Below, piece by piece: positions 35,101-48,499 of a stretch of DNA of 64,000 bases; the first letter of the stretch is position 1, and the number at the start of each line of letters is the position of its first letter. The notes under the pieces were generated by a model. The model had not been told where the DNA came from. It worked only from the letters and a program-made list of their open reading frames with translations, and ran no database searches. Origin of the DNA: Eledone cirrhosa (Eukaryota); the NCBI GenBank assembly GCA_964016885.1, contig OZ024743.1, positions 197,656,001 to 197,720,000 of the forward strand. Direction: 5' to 3'. Made by a program: the position numbers and the translations under genes.

Positions 35101-35277
35101 AATTAGGAATTAGGATAGATTCAGTTTGAAACTGATTAAACCATCGCTCAACAGTGTACTTGAAACTTGGTGTAGTAGAGTATGGTTATATAATAAAGAG
35201 TCGGGACCCGATGGGTGAGCTTTTGCCGTTTCAACAGTTAGTTCCATATATATATATATATATACATATATATGTAG

Positions 35278-35308
<31 letters not shown>

Positions 35309-35312
35309 AACT

Positions 35313-35369
<57 letters not shown>

Positions 35370-36676
35370 GAGGGGGGGGATAGAGAGTAAGAGAGAGAAA
35401 CAACAGTGATATAATGAAGCAATGGTACTCCAGCAGAGCTGCAGTCCAATGACTGAAATCAGTAAAAAGATTAAGCGAAGAAAATGGCAAAACTACATTT
35501 AGAGAAGTAAATCAAAATAATAAAATCTTAAAATACAATGAACATTCAGTTAAGAGGAATGAATGAACAAACGATAGACTGTAAGTCTTGGTACACGTGA
35601 CTAAACTTAATGCAAACTTAATGATATCAATAACAGGGGGCGTTGAGAACATTTGTTTGTATGCTTCTGTTTAAACTCTCCCCCATCTCTCTACTTCCTC
35701 GATCCATTTTATCCCAACCCCCGCCTCGGTCCCTCACTATTTGCCATTCTATCTCTTCCTCTCTATATGACGGTGAAAATGGAAATAGCTAAAACAATGC
35801 CACTACTGATTTGGATAATTGAAATTGTAGTATAGTGTGGTACAGTAACTTTATGTAATAAACATACGCTGTTTCAAATTTCATTGTCTCTCAACGACTG
35901 CAGGATTTATTTTCGTACAGATTTGATAAGAGTACTTTTAAAGCTTACTATATTCTACCAATGAAAATACAGATTTATTTTTATTTTAGAACTAAGTCAA
36001 ATTTGGTAGCTACGTTGATAGTAAAATTGGCGGTGTAAGTTTAGGTTGAAATTTTGCCAGTATTTTATTAACCTTTATATTTTTCTTTACTTGTTAATCC
36101 CAAAGATGTTAAAAGCGAAGTTGATTCCCCTGTAATTCCGGGAAGAAAACATAATTAAATTCTGCAATGGATTTAATTAGATTATCAACATTTCCGCTCG
36201 TTGAAGCGGTAATATCTTAATTGTATTTAATTATTTTACATTGACAAAGAGCCATTAGTTTATAGGGCAAGGTTACGAAACAAGGAAATAAACAAACAAA
36301 TGAACATAAAATGTAAAACCTTTGATGTTTCCCCCCAAAACTGTGACTTCAGTTTCATGTGTCCTACGGTCTAAGTTGGGCGAAGGAAATATAGCAAGTT
36401 AGCTTTGTTAACTGTCTATCCAGAATTATATGTGCGATCTGTGAGCTAAGTAAAATGGCTCGACCGGAAATAGAAACCATTTTGCAAACATGAGTATCCT
36501 CTAGTTTTCATCACCGCCACTACCGCCGCTGACACCTTCCCCGAAACACACCACACATCCATTACTATAACCCCCGCCGTAACAAGAACCATCACCGCTA
36601 CCACCTCCAATATCTATGGTCGATCTTACAGATGCAGTAAAGTGATATATAGTCGTTGGTAAAGTTGACTCTAAGA

Positions 36677-36966
36677 CAGGCATGGGCAACCTTTTTCGAG
36701 AAGCGGGCCGCATGAGATATGGTTCATCATCAGGCGGGCCGCAAGCGCTAATTTGTATTCGTGCCCACATTTATAAAAGTGAGGTAACTCAAGTTGTTTT
36801 GATTTGTTTCTTCAGAATTAGTAGACGTTGTTTTCCTCGATCGTAAAAATTATAGAAAGATAAATTACGACTGAAAAGTTGGGGTAAAAAACCCAGAAAG
36901 ATTTCACATATGTGACTTAGGCGAGCCATTCAGAAAGCTTTGTGGGCCGCAGGTTGCCCATGACTG
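36677..36966. mobile_element. hAT (Charlie-like) MITE
   Basis: TIRs caggcatgggcaacct / aggttgcccatgactg. Perfect 8-bp TSD ctctaaga at 36669-36676 and 36967-36974. Confidence 0.9.
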
Positions 36967-37706
36967 CTCTAAGATATGGGTGGCACTACTTTTGGGAGAT
37001 AGAGCTATGTCGAATTCGGTAGGATTTGAACTCGGCACGTAGATGCACATAACTACATATCTCACTCGAAAGACAAAAAACAAAACAAGACAAAAAAAAA
37101 GAAACGAAACAAAAACAAAAACAAAAACAAACAGTCAATTAAAGTTGCGGAGCTAATGTTACTTAACAATGATTTGTCCATACGATAAAACGACCACATT
37201 CAGTCAATGGTGTAGTATTGGTCTATTTATTTATTCCAACTAGCTTCCTTTAACAGCTGGCTTCGATTTAACCCAAGAGAAAAGAATTTCGGTAACTTTA
37301 GCACTCTATCAAGTAATAACAACAAGTGCCGTTGTCAATATATGCCCATATAGATTGGTGTAAGTAAACAATGTTATGTGGGCGATATACACTGTTCTTA
37401 GATCAGTAAACAGACTAGAGGTTTAGTTACGTACATCTATTTAAGTACGACGAAATGTATGTGTATATATAATGTGTGTACGTATGTGTGACTAGTTCAG
37501 TGTAAGGATGTGTATATTCTATGTTGTTTTGTAAATTTTATGAAAGTCTCTGCGTGCGAGTGTTTGTACGTTATCATACATCGCACAAGGGAAGTGCTAG
37601 AGATACTAATATTATAGACTGAAAAAGAAAGAGAAACAGGGAACAATAATTGAGAAATAACATATCTATTAGACTATTTATATACATAGAATATGTATGT
37701 ATGTAT

Positions 37707-38232
37707 GTTGGGTCACTCTTGAGTGCTACTAGTAACATGTAACCCAGTACAACCTGTCGCATGGTCGGGTCGTCGGCGACTAAACCGGCAACCCCACCAA
37801 GTTTACTTGGTGAGGAGGGTGATTTTGGACACCTCGCAGGACAAAAAACAAAACCTGACAAAGGGCGGAAGAACACATAAGAGTCAACGGCCATCCGAAA
37901 GTGTGTAAATATGTATATACACATGTACCGCGCGGTTAAACCGCTGGGAGTGAAGGACCCCTAACCTTTGTCAGGGCATTCTTCTAGAAGGCAACTCAGG
38001 AAACTGGGATAACTCCGATATAAAACCTGCGGCTCAGTAGTTACCGATGATGTTGATCTTTTCTTCTTTTCGGGTTATAGCTACTGTCGCCCAGAGAGTG
38101 GGATTGGCTCAGTGCACAGTCTTTCCTCACTTAAAAAAATATCTTCAAGCACAGGCATTGCACGATAGCATTAATTGATAATTATTAATAATGGTATATC
38201 GTGCAATGGCCATACTCGATAACAAGGGGGCA

Positions 38233-38240
<8 letters not shown>
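37707..38240 (+). mobile_element. Bipartite derivative (family D) of the RTE at 1961-6380
   Basis: 37927-38180 closely matches the 5' UTR of the autonomous copy and is fused directly to its 3' tail gtgcaatggccatactcgataac.agggggcagccatc. Confidence 0.9.
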
Positions 38241-38279
<39 letters not shown>

Positions 38280-38284
38280 AGTGT

Positions 38285-38354
<70 letters not shown>

Positions 38355-38455
38355 GTGTGTGTGTATGTGTGTGTGTGTGTGGGTGTTCGCATACATATAT
38401 GAGGAAGTGAGAAAGGACGAGGGACCAGATAGATAATAACAAGTGGAGCATATAT

Positions 38456-38487
<32 letters not shown>

Positions 38488-39087
38488 CGTATGTGTACAT
38501 AAATATATATTTCTTACAAAACTACTGAGGATATACTCCAAAGCTAGTCAGAGGTTAGGGTTATGGTTAGGGTGGATTTTAAACGCCATTTGGATTGATT
38601 TTCATTGGCCGAGAAGGGCGAAGGAAAATGCTGTTTTGTCCTTCACCAAGGCTATTGGAAGATTAGGTCCTCTTTCTGCTATTATGATATCTAACTCGTA
38701 GGAGGAAGTTGTGAATAGGCCTATTCAACTGATAGGATAGTTTGAGCTCAGAATTAAAAAAAGAAAAAAAACATTATATACCGCAAAAAATGTAATTCGC
38801 CGCTCCGCCAATTAATCCCCTAATCAACCACACCCTCTACCATTTAAGTCTATTTCAGAGAACATGCTTAGCTTTATGAAGAAAATGCATTTAGTTAAAC
38901 ATTTTAGATCTATATCATTCTTATCCCACCGAGTTGATAACAGATACTGTAAAATGAAATACAATAAAATCAATTATCAATATTCAATCAATAGAGAATT
39001 ACTATATCAATAGAACTAGTATTGCTTCAATAAATGAAGACTATTTGGAAAGCTTGCATTCATTATCAATCAAACCTTGATTCGGAC

Positions 39088-39373
39088 CAGGGTTGGATTT
39101 AATGGGGGCCAAATGGGGTAATTGCCCGGGGCCTTCTGCAGTGGAGAGCCCCAGCAGCAACGGCCGTAGCAATTTATTTGTACCCTCAGCTTGGCTTTTT
39201 ACTTTGGGGATGGTCAGATTTTTAAAAAATGTAATACCTGTATGAATAACGTTTCAATTCCAATTACTTGCAGCAAGCTAGCTTTGATATGTAAAATTAG
39301 GGTGTTTGCTGTGTTATCTAATTTTTTGCGTATAAGGGGCCCCCAAACTTGAAGTACCCCGGGTCCAACCCTG
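39088..39373. mobile_element. hAT-like MITE
   Basis: TIRs cagggttgga / tccaaccctg. 8-bp TSD attcggac / atttggac. Confidence 0.8.
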
Positions 39374-40544
39374 ATTTGGACCACCAGATGACAAGTTGAA
39401 GAACTTTAGCCTTATAATCGAGCTAAGAATGACTCTAGCTTTGACAATTATTAAGTTATTACAACTCCAGCTCAGGAGGGAACACAGCATTAGTTAATAT
39501 CTATCAACAACAAATATGTTAAGTTAGGTTGTGTAACCTAATATAATCTGATACTTCAGAATTAACATTGTTCTCTCGGTGAAGTCTGCAGAATTTCAAA
39601 CTTTTAAAACCACCTGCTGTCATAGTAATATATTAAGAAATTGATATGATGCTCACGTCTATCAATTTTTATGCTTTTCACGACAACGATATACTTTCTT
39701 TCACTTTGTCAATATCCATACCTTTTTCTGTACAAAGATATGGCTAACGTGTTGCTCCAAACAGACCTAAAATCAACAACGACATTTTCTTTTTCCCTTG
39801 CTGATATTCATACCTTTTTCACGCTAAAGAAATGGCGATTTGATTGTCCCAAATTAGGAACGGATTTGAAATAAAATGTTTCTTCAGTACAAAGTTATAA
39901 AATGGATGAAATGTTTGCCAGTCTGTAGAGAGTTCTAACCCTACACTGTAAACCATGAATTTCACTACACCACTAGAAGTGATATTTTTTTATATGGCTG
40001 ATGACATACGATATTTTTCTATATGGCTGATGACATACCATATTAATGTTGATATTGGCTATTGAATTTGTACGTATATTGTGGTTGTTGTTGCTATCTA
40101 ACCCCAGATCAGCGCTGATTAAGCGGAACTATGGATAATAGTGTTCAGATCCTGACTATCCTGCATAATGTATCAAAGTATTACACATTTCATTTCATTT
40201 CCAGGGATTTAATTTGAGATATATTTGGCTGCTATTTCTAGCTGATCAAATTACCGTTCTAGCTGATCAAATTACCCTCGGTAGTGGCTCGTGTTACATC
40301 GATTCTTTATGCTAATGATTCCCTAGTATAAAATTGCTTTACGTTGTTGTTTAGTACCATGCCAGTATTAGCTTAGCATGCTTATGATCAAAGGCATTCC
40401 AGCCAAGACTTATCCTGTGTTATGTTCCTTGATGTTTTAAGATAGTAGGGTGTGAATTGTGGTAGATTTAGTTGTCATTTCAAGCAAATGAATTGAACTC
40501 CCTAAGGTTCATTTCTGTGCTATGTTGACGCAGTTGGTTCTATT

Positions 40545-40750
40545 TCAGTTGATACACAAGGCCAATCATTAGAGGGGAGAGTAAAATGGATTAAATAGAG
40601 CCCAGTGCATTACTGGTGCTTTATTTTATCGACCCCTTAAGGATGAAAGGTTACGGTAACCTCGGCGGGATTTGAACTCAGAACATAAAGGGATGTAACT
40701 ATGCTGCGAAGCATGGTGCCAGACGCTCTACCGACTGATTCTGCCAATGT
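40545..40750 (-). mobile_element. tRNA-derived SINE
   Basis: Reverse complement of the 1178-1405 family. Confidence 0.88.
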
Positions 40751-41515
40751 TTCTATCAATAATAATCAATAATACTGATGCTGGGCTTCTTCCTGGAACT
40801 GTTGTACACATCATCCATGTTACCAATACATCTGTTATTGTCTTCCATAGCTTTTCTTGAAGTTAAAGTTTCTTTGGTTGTTAAATCTGGAAATGAAAAC
40901 AAAGAAATCTCTTAAATATTTTCCATTTCACGAAGCCCATTCTTTATGATTTCTCTTTTCGAGAATAACAGATTAATTCATAAAGTTTCTTTCACTGGGT
41001 ATATTAACGTGATGGAATTTCAATTGGAAACTTTATTTCCTACAACGTTTAGAAGTTGTGTCGTCATCTCATGATTATGTCTAATGTTTAAATATCTGGC
41101 ATATATGCTCTTTTTAATTGTGACTGCTGCCCCTACTAGAAAGAGCACAATTCCAGGTTATTTGCAAAGGTATTATAGCTGCCCGAAATAGCAATGTACT
41201 GTCAGATGTACATTCACCAATGTTCGCCATACAGACTAATAAATATATAATATAACGTATTCCTTCAATTTTATTTTCATATTGATTTAAAATGGTCGAC
41301 AATGGAACGATGACGGAATAGGACGAGTAAATCGATTTGTTACAAGAAGCTGCTTTTATCTGTTTTAATTAGAAAATGACGAATTTCTTATATAATAGAT
41401 TTTAGTAACTTTAAAGTGCGTTTAATTCACCATTTGCTATAAGGAGAAAATCTAAATTGTATGATTAAATATCGTATGAAACCAATGTTACTTTCTCCGA
41501 GTTACTTTATTACAG

Positions 41516-41673
41516 GAATTCGATATGTATCAGGATATGGGATATAAGTTTGTAAAATCTTTTGATGCGCTTCATCAATTCTATTCTGAAAGGTCTGTTA
41601 GGGGAAACTGGAAGAATATGTTTCTCAACGGATCGGGATTTAGCAATTTCAGACAATTTTTGGATAACGGATG
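41516..41673 (+). CDS. Candidate internal host exon (EFDMYQDMGYKFVKSFDALHQFYSERSVRGNWKNMFLNGSGFSNFRQFLDNG)
   Basis: ttactttattacag acceptor, TG|gtatga donor, open frame, non-repetitive protein-like composition. Protein not recognised. Confidence 0.45.
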
Positions 41674-42070
41674 GTATGAAAAGTTTTCTTCCAGTGTAAA
41701 CATAAGTGTGACACAAAATGCAAAGAAATTATATATATATATATATATATAATTTCCTTGCATTTTGTGTCACACTTATGTTTACACTGGAAGAAAACAT
41801 ATATATATACTTAACCTGAGGTATATGATTTTTAATGCGATGAAATACCAATGAAGGTTGGAAAACCACTGACGAAGGACTATTTTTATCATATGTAACC
41901 CATGTGCAACCACGCAGTATTCTTCTTTCTTATATATATATATATAGTAATAATAATAAATTTGAAGACTAAAATCCAAAGAGGGCTCGATAAGGATAAC
42001 TATATATCAAATATATAAGAATCGTAGGGTGAAAGCAGCGATTCTTTGCTTAAACTTTAATCTGTTATTT

Positions 42071-42165
<95 letters not shown>

Positions 42166-42255
42166 TCTTTCAACCAATGACCTCCACCCATTCCACTCCC
42201 ACCCTCTCCTACCACCAGAAAAGATATAAATACCACCATATTTACTTGGACAGTC

Positions 42256-42306
42256 AGATTCCTGATGATTTCTGACGAATGAAACAGTTCTAGTCCTGTA
42301 GAATCT
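42256..42306 (+). ncRNA. Type I hammerhead ribozyme in a solo pLTR (42165-42312)
   Basis: agattc-CTGATGA-t-ttc(tgac)gaa-t-GAAA-cag(ttctagtc)ctg-TA-gaatct. TATAAATA lies upstream at about 42224. Confidence 0.8.
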
Positions 42307-42436
42307 CTTCTATATATATATATAATTGTTTCTACTGTTGACACAAGGCCAGCAATTATCCCAGTGTATTACTGGTACTTTATTTTATCGACCCCGTAAG
42401 GATGAAAGGCAAAGTTAACCTCGGCGGGATATAATA

Positions 42437-42738
42437 CAAGAACGAATGGTTATTCCTTCATTAGGTTTATTGGTTGGTGACGCGTGGCGTTTCGCTACTA
42501 ATCAGCTGTATCGATCTAGCCCGACTCTCGAATCAAAAGCTCGTCGGACCTCTGTGGTAGTAATGACAGTAGCGAAACGCGCGTCACCAACCAATAAACG
42601 TAATGAAAGAGTAACCATTCGTCTTTGTACTATTATATTACACTCTGTCTAGCTCTACACCTCGCTACTGACGTGAACCTAAACATCGAGTGCTCACCCA
42701 GGTGAACCTACAGTAACTCCGCGTTACACTTCTTGGAT
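42437..42738 (+). mobile_element. Mini PLE with inverted arms (42437-42500 / 42568-42625)
   Basis: GAAAC-GCGC-GTC minimal stem III, gagtgct tail motif, ends in (TA)n. The CTGA core is not recognisable. Confidence 0.55.
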
Positions 42739-43784
42739 ATATATATATATATATTCTTTGGAATCTTTGAGCTTATTCTACGGTGCATATGGTGCATGTC
42801 TCGGACATGACTCCCTTAATTTAATTTAATTTATATTTATTTCGGATATATATATATATATAATTTCCTTTACACCAATAAAGCCGTTGGAGGAAAACAA
42901 GTGTCCCATTTGCCACCAGAGTTTCTCTAACGTCAGTACAAATTATCTCCAATTGATGGATACCACTGATCATGAAAGTTCACATAACTGACCTGTAAAT
43001 CATACTAGGGCTTGGATATAAATATTTATTTTAAAAGAATCACTTTCAAAGGGTTAAAATGTTTTCAATGTATATTTCAGCCTGAAATAATATTGCTTTC
43101 ATTTTCTCTGAAAATTTCCGTTGAAAACATTATTCTACAAAATTCATGTATGTTTACCACCAAAACTAAAAGAAGTGATATAGATGGTTCTTGGAGGTGA
43201 ATAATCGGTTAAATAGACCATATGTTATTTTATTTTATAAGAAAGATGTACATTAGTTGCTTGTGTAAACGATCCAACAATGAAAACGAAGAAGAAATAT
43301 ATGCTTCTTGGTAGCCAGGTCTTCAGCATCACAGGACAAAATATATATAATCTTGGAGAATCAGGTGTCAAATGTTTTTCTTTTCTTGCTTTCTTGAGAG
43401 AGTGCTGGGTCACCGGAAATGAACTAGAGAAAAACAAATCAAACAAATAACTAAAATGATAAACAAAAGAAAAAGAAGGAAAACGGAGAGCCAAAAAAAA
43501 TAACAAAAAAAAAAACGGCCCTCGTGTCCCGTTCATTTCAGAAAAGAGTGAAGTATTACCGGAAATGGTAATGCACTTTACCAGACAGGACAGCCACACT
43601 AGTCTGGATTGGTTGCGCATCTGCATATTTTTCTAAATTTCTTCACTTGCTTTCGACAAGATTTCACCTCTGAAGCGAAGAGTAATGTTTAAACATAATA
43701 CCGCAAACTTCTCTTTATCCTACTTCCTTCTCCCTCCCATCTCCCCCCTCTTTCTATATATTTATATAAATATATATGTATATG

Positions 43785-43877
<93 letters not shown>

Positions 43878-43879
<2 letters not shown>

Positions 43880-44077
43880 CAAAGGAATTGTGGTAAGGAA
43901 GAACCAGATGGACCATAACGCACCAGAGTACTCAATACTTAGGGTAGTAGAGTGGGAAATAGGAAAAAGTATGACCCCGACGGCAGAGCTCAAGCCGTTT
44001 CGACGGCTATTTCTGGACTTTCCAGAAATACCCGTCGAAACGGCTTGAGCTCTGCCGTCGGGGTCATACTTTTTCCC

Positions 44078-44078
<1 letters not shown>
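43878..44078 (-). mobile_element. Fold-back mini PLE in (TA)n
   Basis: Near-perfect hairpin 43962-44077, each arm containing GAAA-cggc(ttgagctct)gccg-TC. The tail is present on one arm only. Confidence 0.7.
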
Positions 44079-44126
<48 letters not shown>

Positions 44127-44171
44127 CACGTATATATACATATGCCTATATCTATATCTATCTATCTATCT

Positions 44172-44293
<122 letters not shown>

Positions 44294-44410
44294 CACATAT
44301 ATATATATATACGTATATATACATATACCTATATCTATATCTATCTATCTATCTCGTCGCGCTCTCTCTCTCTATATATATATATATATGTTATATATAT
44401 ATATATATAT

Positions 44411-45207
44411 AGTATTAAGGATACTATTTATGGTTATGTATATAATAAAACCTTATATAGTTATATATATTTTAAACCCTAAATAGTGAAAGACAGTAAT
44501 TCATTACTATCTTATTACCAGTAAGATAAATAGCTCAATGTAATAACATCAGTTGTTTTACAGAGCAGTTATACAGAAATTACATGAATCAAAGTTCAGT
44601 TTAAATCATTTATTTGCTTACAATTGTTTCCTCCAAACCGAGATTTGGATTCTTCGGAGCAACTATTTAGTGATTGTTACATACTTGACCTCCTTTTCAA
44701 CACAAGAGACATATAGAAACATATGTATATATTGACCCACAGTGGGTTGACATCCATCATAATAATATAATAATATGGCAATTTACATACATCATATTAA
44801 AGGACAAAATTATAGTTAAAATTAAAATTAAAATTAAAATTAAAATTAAAATTAAAATTAAAATAAATAAAAATAAAAATAAAACATTGGCAGTTTATGA
44901 AGATAAAGCAAGAGGAAAGTTTAGAGTAGTCAGTGTACGAAACAGTCTCACGTGTGGCATGCACGCGTGTCTTATTTATACAGTATTATAGTGTGGCAGA
45001 TTGATACATGTAAAACAAGCAGTTAAAGCAGGCAATCAACAGCATCATGGGATCTGTATATACATATCTTTTTATATGTCTCTTGTGTTGAAAAGGAGGT
45101 CAAGTATGTAAAAATCACTAAATAGTTGCTCCGAAGAATCCAAACCTCGGTTTGGAGGAAACAATTTTAAGCAAATAAATGACTTAAACTGAACTTTGAT
45201 TCATGTA

Positions 45208-45211
<4 letters not shown>
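44411..45211 (-). mobile_element. Non-coding PLE-type insertion with ~145-bp inverted arms and two hammerheads (44614-44662 minus; 45126-45174 plus)
   Basis: ttgct-CCGAAGA-a-tccaaa..tttgga-g-GAAA-CAATTG-TA-agcaa. (TA)n on both flanks. Confidence 0.75.
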
Positions 45212-45296
<85 letters not shown>

Positions 45297-45327
45297 TAGA
45301 TAGATATATAGATATATAGATATATAT

Positions 45328-46122
45328 AGAAGTGGTTACACAACAGTTAGTTCACCATACCGAGAAGAATTGTTTCACCTTAGCGGATCCTCAGCTTTGC
45401 CCCTTCAACACCAATGCAACACACCAGCTGTAATTTATGAAGCTGTGGTCACTTCCAACCGACCAAACGAACCACAGGAGGTCAAATCCTATGTGGGCAT
45501 GGCGGAGGGCCGATTTAAGGAACGTTTCCTGAACCACCAGTCTACCTTCAGGTACCCAAACAGACGTTCATCCACGAAACTCGCGAGCCACGTATGGTCC
45601 CTCAAGAACTCAAGTATAGACTACTCCATTCAATGGAAAGCCATCACTAAGTCCAAGCCATACGCAAGGGGAAATCCGATGTGTGGCTTATGTATTGACG
45701 AACAAATAACTATTCTAAAGAGATTACGCAATAGTGATTGCCTAAATACGAGAAATGAATTTTTCACACGTTGTCCACACGTCGCCAAACACCTATTGCA
45801 TAACTACAAGGCTCCGGACTGATTCTTTGTAATTTTAGTTTCAACCTAAAAACTTTTCGGACTTTCGCAGTTATCTCCCTCACTCCTCTCGCACGCAGTC
45901 TAGTATTGCCTGTGTGAAGTGACCGGGTTTCTGCGCATGCGCGTTCGTACGGTTGTCCTTCCTGTTCCTATAACCATGCCCATTCCGAGCTGAGGATCTG
46001 CTAAGGTGAAACAATTGTTCTCGGTATGGCGAACTAACTGGTGTGTAACCACTTCTACCTAACTCGTCCCATGGACTGAGTGCTCTACCACTACGGATAT
46101 TACCTTCCAGTGTTCCACCACT
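45328..46122 (+). mobile_element. 5'-truncated PLE: inverted pLTR arm + GIY-YIG fragment + pLTR
   Basis: AVIYEA...SYVGMAEGRFKERFLNH...CGLC..E...LNTRNE (45400-45822). Arm 45328-45396 is the reverse complement of 45988-46056. Confidence 0.92.
45985..46024 (+). ncRNA. Minimal type I hammerhead ribozyme
   Basis: ccgag-CTGAGGA-tct(gcta)agg-t-GAAA-CAATTG-TT-ctcgg, with a palindromic stem III. Confidence 0.8.
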
Positions 46123-46147
46123 ATATATATATATATATATATATATG

Positions 46148-46946
46148 CAAAAGTTCTATTTAAAATTGTTGGGATACAACTAGTAAATATTTTTATAACT
46201 GAAATAAAGCACTGGACAAGTATTTTGAGTAGATATACGATATTAATAAATGGAAACTATATTTATAAAACCATATTTATTTCATTATACATATTTCAGG
46301 GATACCAAATTAAATTATGGTATGCCTTCATCAGATAAAATACAATATATAACAGTTTTACAAATAAGCTTTGACGTACCCTTTTAAAATGCAACCATTA
46401 TTTTTGGAAGCCATCCGGATAGTGAGTTGTTTATATTATTTTAATAAGTCATAGTGTTAAGGACAATTAGAAAAAGACGGAGATAAAGAAAAAGACGGAG
46501 AGAGAGAAAGAAAAAACGTGGAGAAATATCGGAGAGAGAGAAATGCATGGAGAAAAAAAAAGAGATAAATAAAGACTGGAGGAAAGAAAGAAAGAAGAAA
46601 AAAGGAAGAAATAAGAAAAACAGAGGAAAGCAACAGAGAGATATTAAGTTATCAGACAGATAGAAAAAACTCAAGAGAGAGAAATATTATATAGAGAGAG
46701 AGGGAGATAATGAAGACTTTACGTCATGTCATATTAAGTTGAGTTAACAATTTATATAAAATGAATAATAAAAATATAAATATTAATATTCATGAATGGG
46801 ACATAAATATATAATTTGAGAAATTAAACATTGTTTAATATTGACTATATGTTTAGTTTAAAACTTGAGATCAATATACCAAAATTTGGGTTTAATCTCC
46901 AAAATGTACACATTGCTAGAGAAATCAGTATCTTAGGCAAAGACAC

Positions 46947-47018
<72 letters not shown>

Positions 47019-48486
47019 GCCCGTCCTGAAAATAGAAATTATATTTACTCAAGTCAACAATATAGACATATAAAACGCAGACGATTTCTCTTAATCACTG
47101 CTATAAAAAGTTCACAGTATATATACATAAATATATACGATTATCATTCATGTCTTCATATATACGATTACCATTCATGCATTTAACATTCTGTTAAAAT
47201 TATGCATATCTGCAATCAAAACTGCGTGGTTAGGCAACATATCTCTTACCCACATACATACATACACATATATATATACATATACACATATATATGTATA
47301 AATAAATATTTGCATGCGTCTTCACGCATCGCTCATGTATACATACAGACATATATACAATCATAAAAAACCTATAACACTTTTATATGCATGTTAATAC
47401 ACATACACATTTGTATAGAGATAATCAAATATCAATATATTACACAGGATTATACTTTGGAAATATAATTATAACAATATAAATTGAAATACCAAAGGAT
47501 TATATTATATCAGTATAGTCAAAAGGACAAACGAATTCTAGAAATGTCAAAGCATTAAATATCTTTAAAACACTATAGAGTATCTTAAGTTAAAATAATA
47601 TGTTTCATATATTTAGTATAAAAATATATATATTTCAATCAAGATATTGAAAGGGTAGACTTGTGAAAATTATGAGAAGCTATCAGAATCAAAGCAAAAC
47701 TAATAAAAATAAATAAAAATAAAAATAAAATAAAAGTTAAATAAATATATCAATATAATTTAAAAATTTAAAAATTTAAAAATTAAAAAATTAAAAAATT
47801 TAAAAATTTAAAAATTTAAAAATTTAAAAATTTAAAAATTTAAAAATTTAAAAATTCAAAAAATAAAAAAAAGGAATGTATAGCAGTGATTAAGAGAAAT
47901 CGTCTGCGTTTTATATGTCTATATTGTTGACTTGAGTAAATATAATTTCTATTTTAAGGACGTGCGTATATATATATATATATACTTGTGTGTCTTTGCC
48001 TAAGATACTGATTTCTCTAGCAATGTGTACATTTTGGAGATGAAACCCAAATGTTGGTATATTGATCTCAAGTTTTAAACTAAACATATAGTCAATATTA
48101 AACAATGTTTAATTTCTCATATTATATATTTATGTCCCATTCATGAATATTAATATTTATATTTTTATTATTCATTTCATATAAGTTGTTAACTCAACTT
48201 AATATGACATGACGTAAAGTCTTCATTATCTCCCTCTCTCTCTCTATAATATTGTCCTTAACACTATGACTTATTAAAATAATATAAACAACTCGCTATC
48301 CGGAGGGCTTCCAAAAATAATGGTTGCATTTTAAAAGGGTACGTCAAAGCTTATTTGTAGAACTGTTATATATTGTATTTTGTCTGATGAAGGCATACCA
48401 TAATTTAATTTGGTATCCCTGAAATATGTATAATGAAATAAATATGGTTTTAGAACTATAGTTTCCATTTATTAATATCGTATATA
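46148..48486 (-). mobile_element. Non-coding PLE-type element with ~600-bp inverted arms and hammerheads (46278-46342 minus; 48376-48440 plus)
   Basis: Arms 46233-47105 and 47879-48486. tattttgt-CTGATGA-agg.atacca..tggtat.cct-GAAA-tatgta-TA-atgaaata. Confidence 0.75.
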
Positions 48487-48499
48487 TATATATATATAT

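Noticed and set aside
38550-38575. ggttagggttatggttaggg as telomeric repeat
   Set aside because: Only about three imperfect units, interstitial.
43295-43335. CTGAAGA-cctgg-cta-ccaa-GAAG motif on the minus strand
   Set aside because: Core is mutated and stems I and III are not supportable.
47755-47860. (AAAAATTT)n tract; also (TTAAAA)n at 44815-44865
   Set aside because: Ordinary simple repeats inside AT-rich elements.
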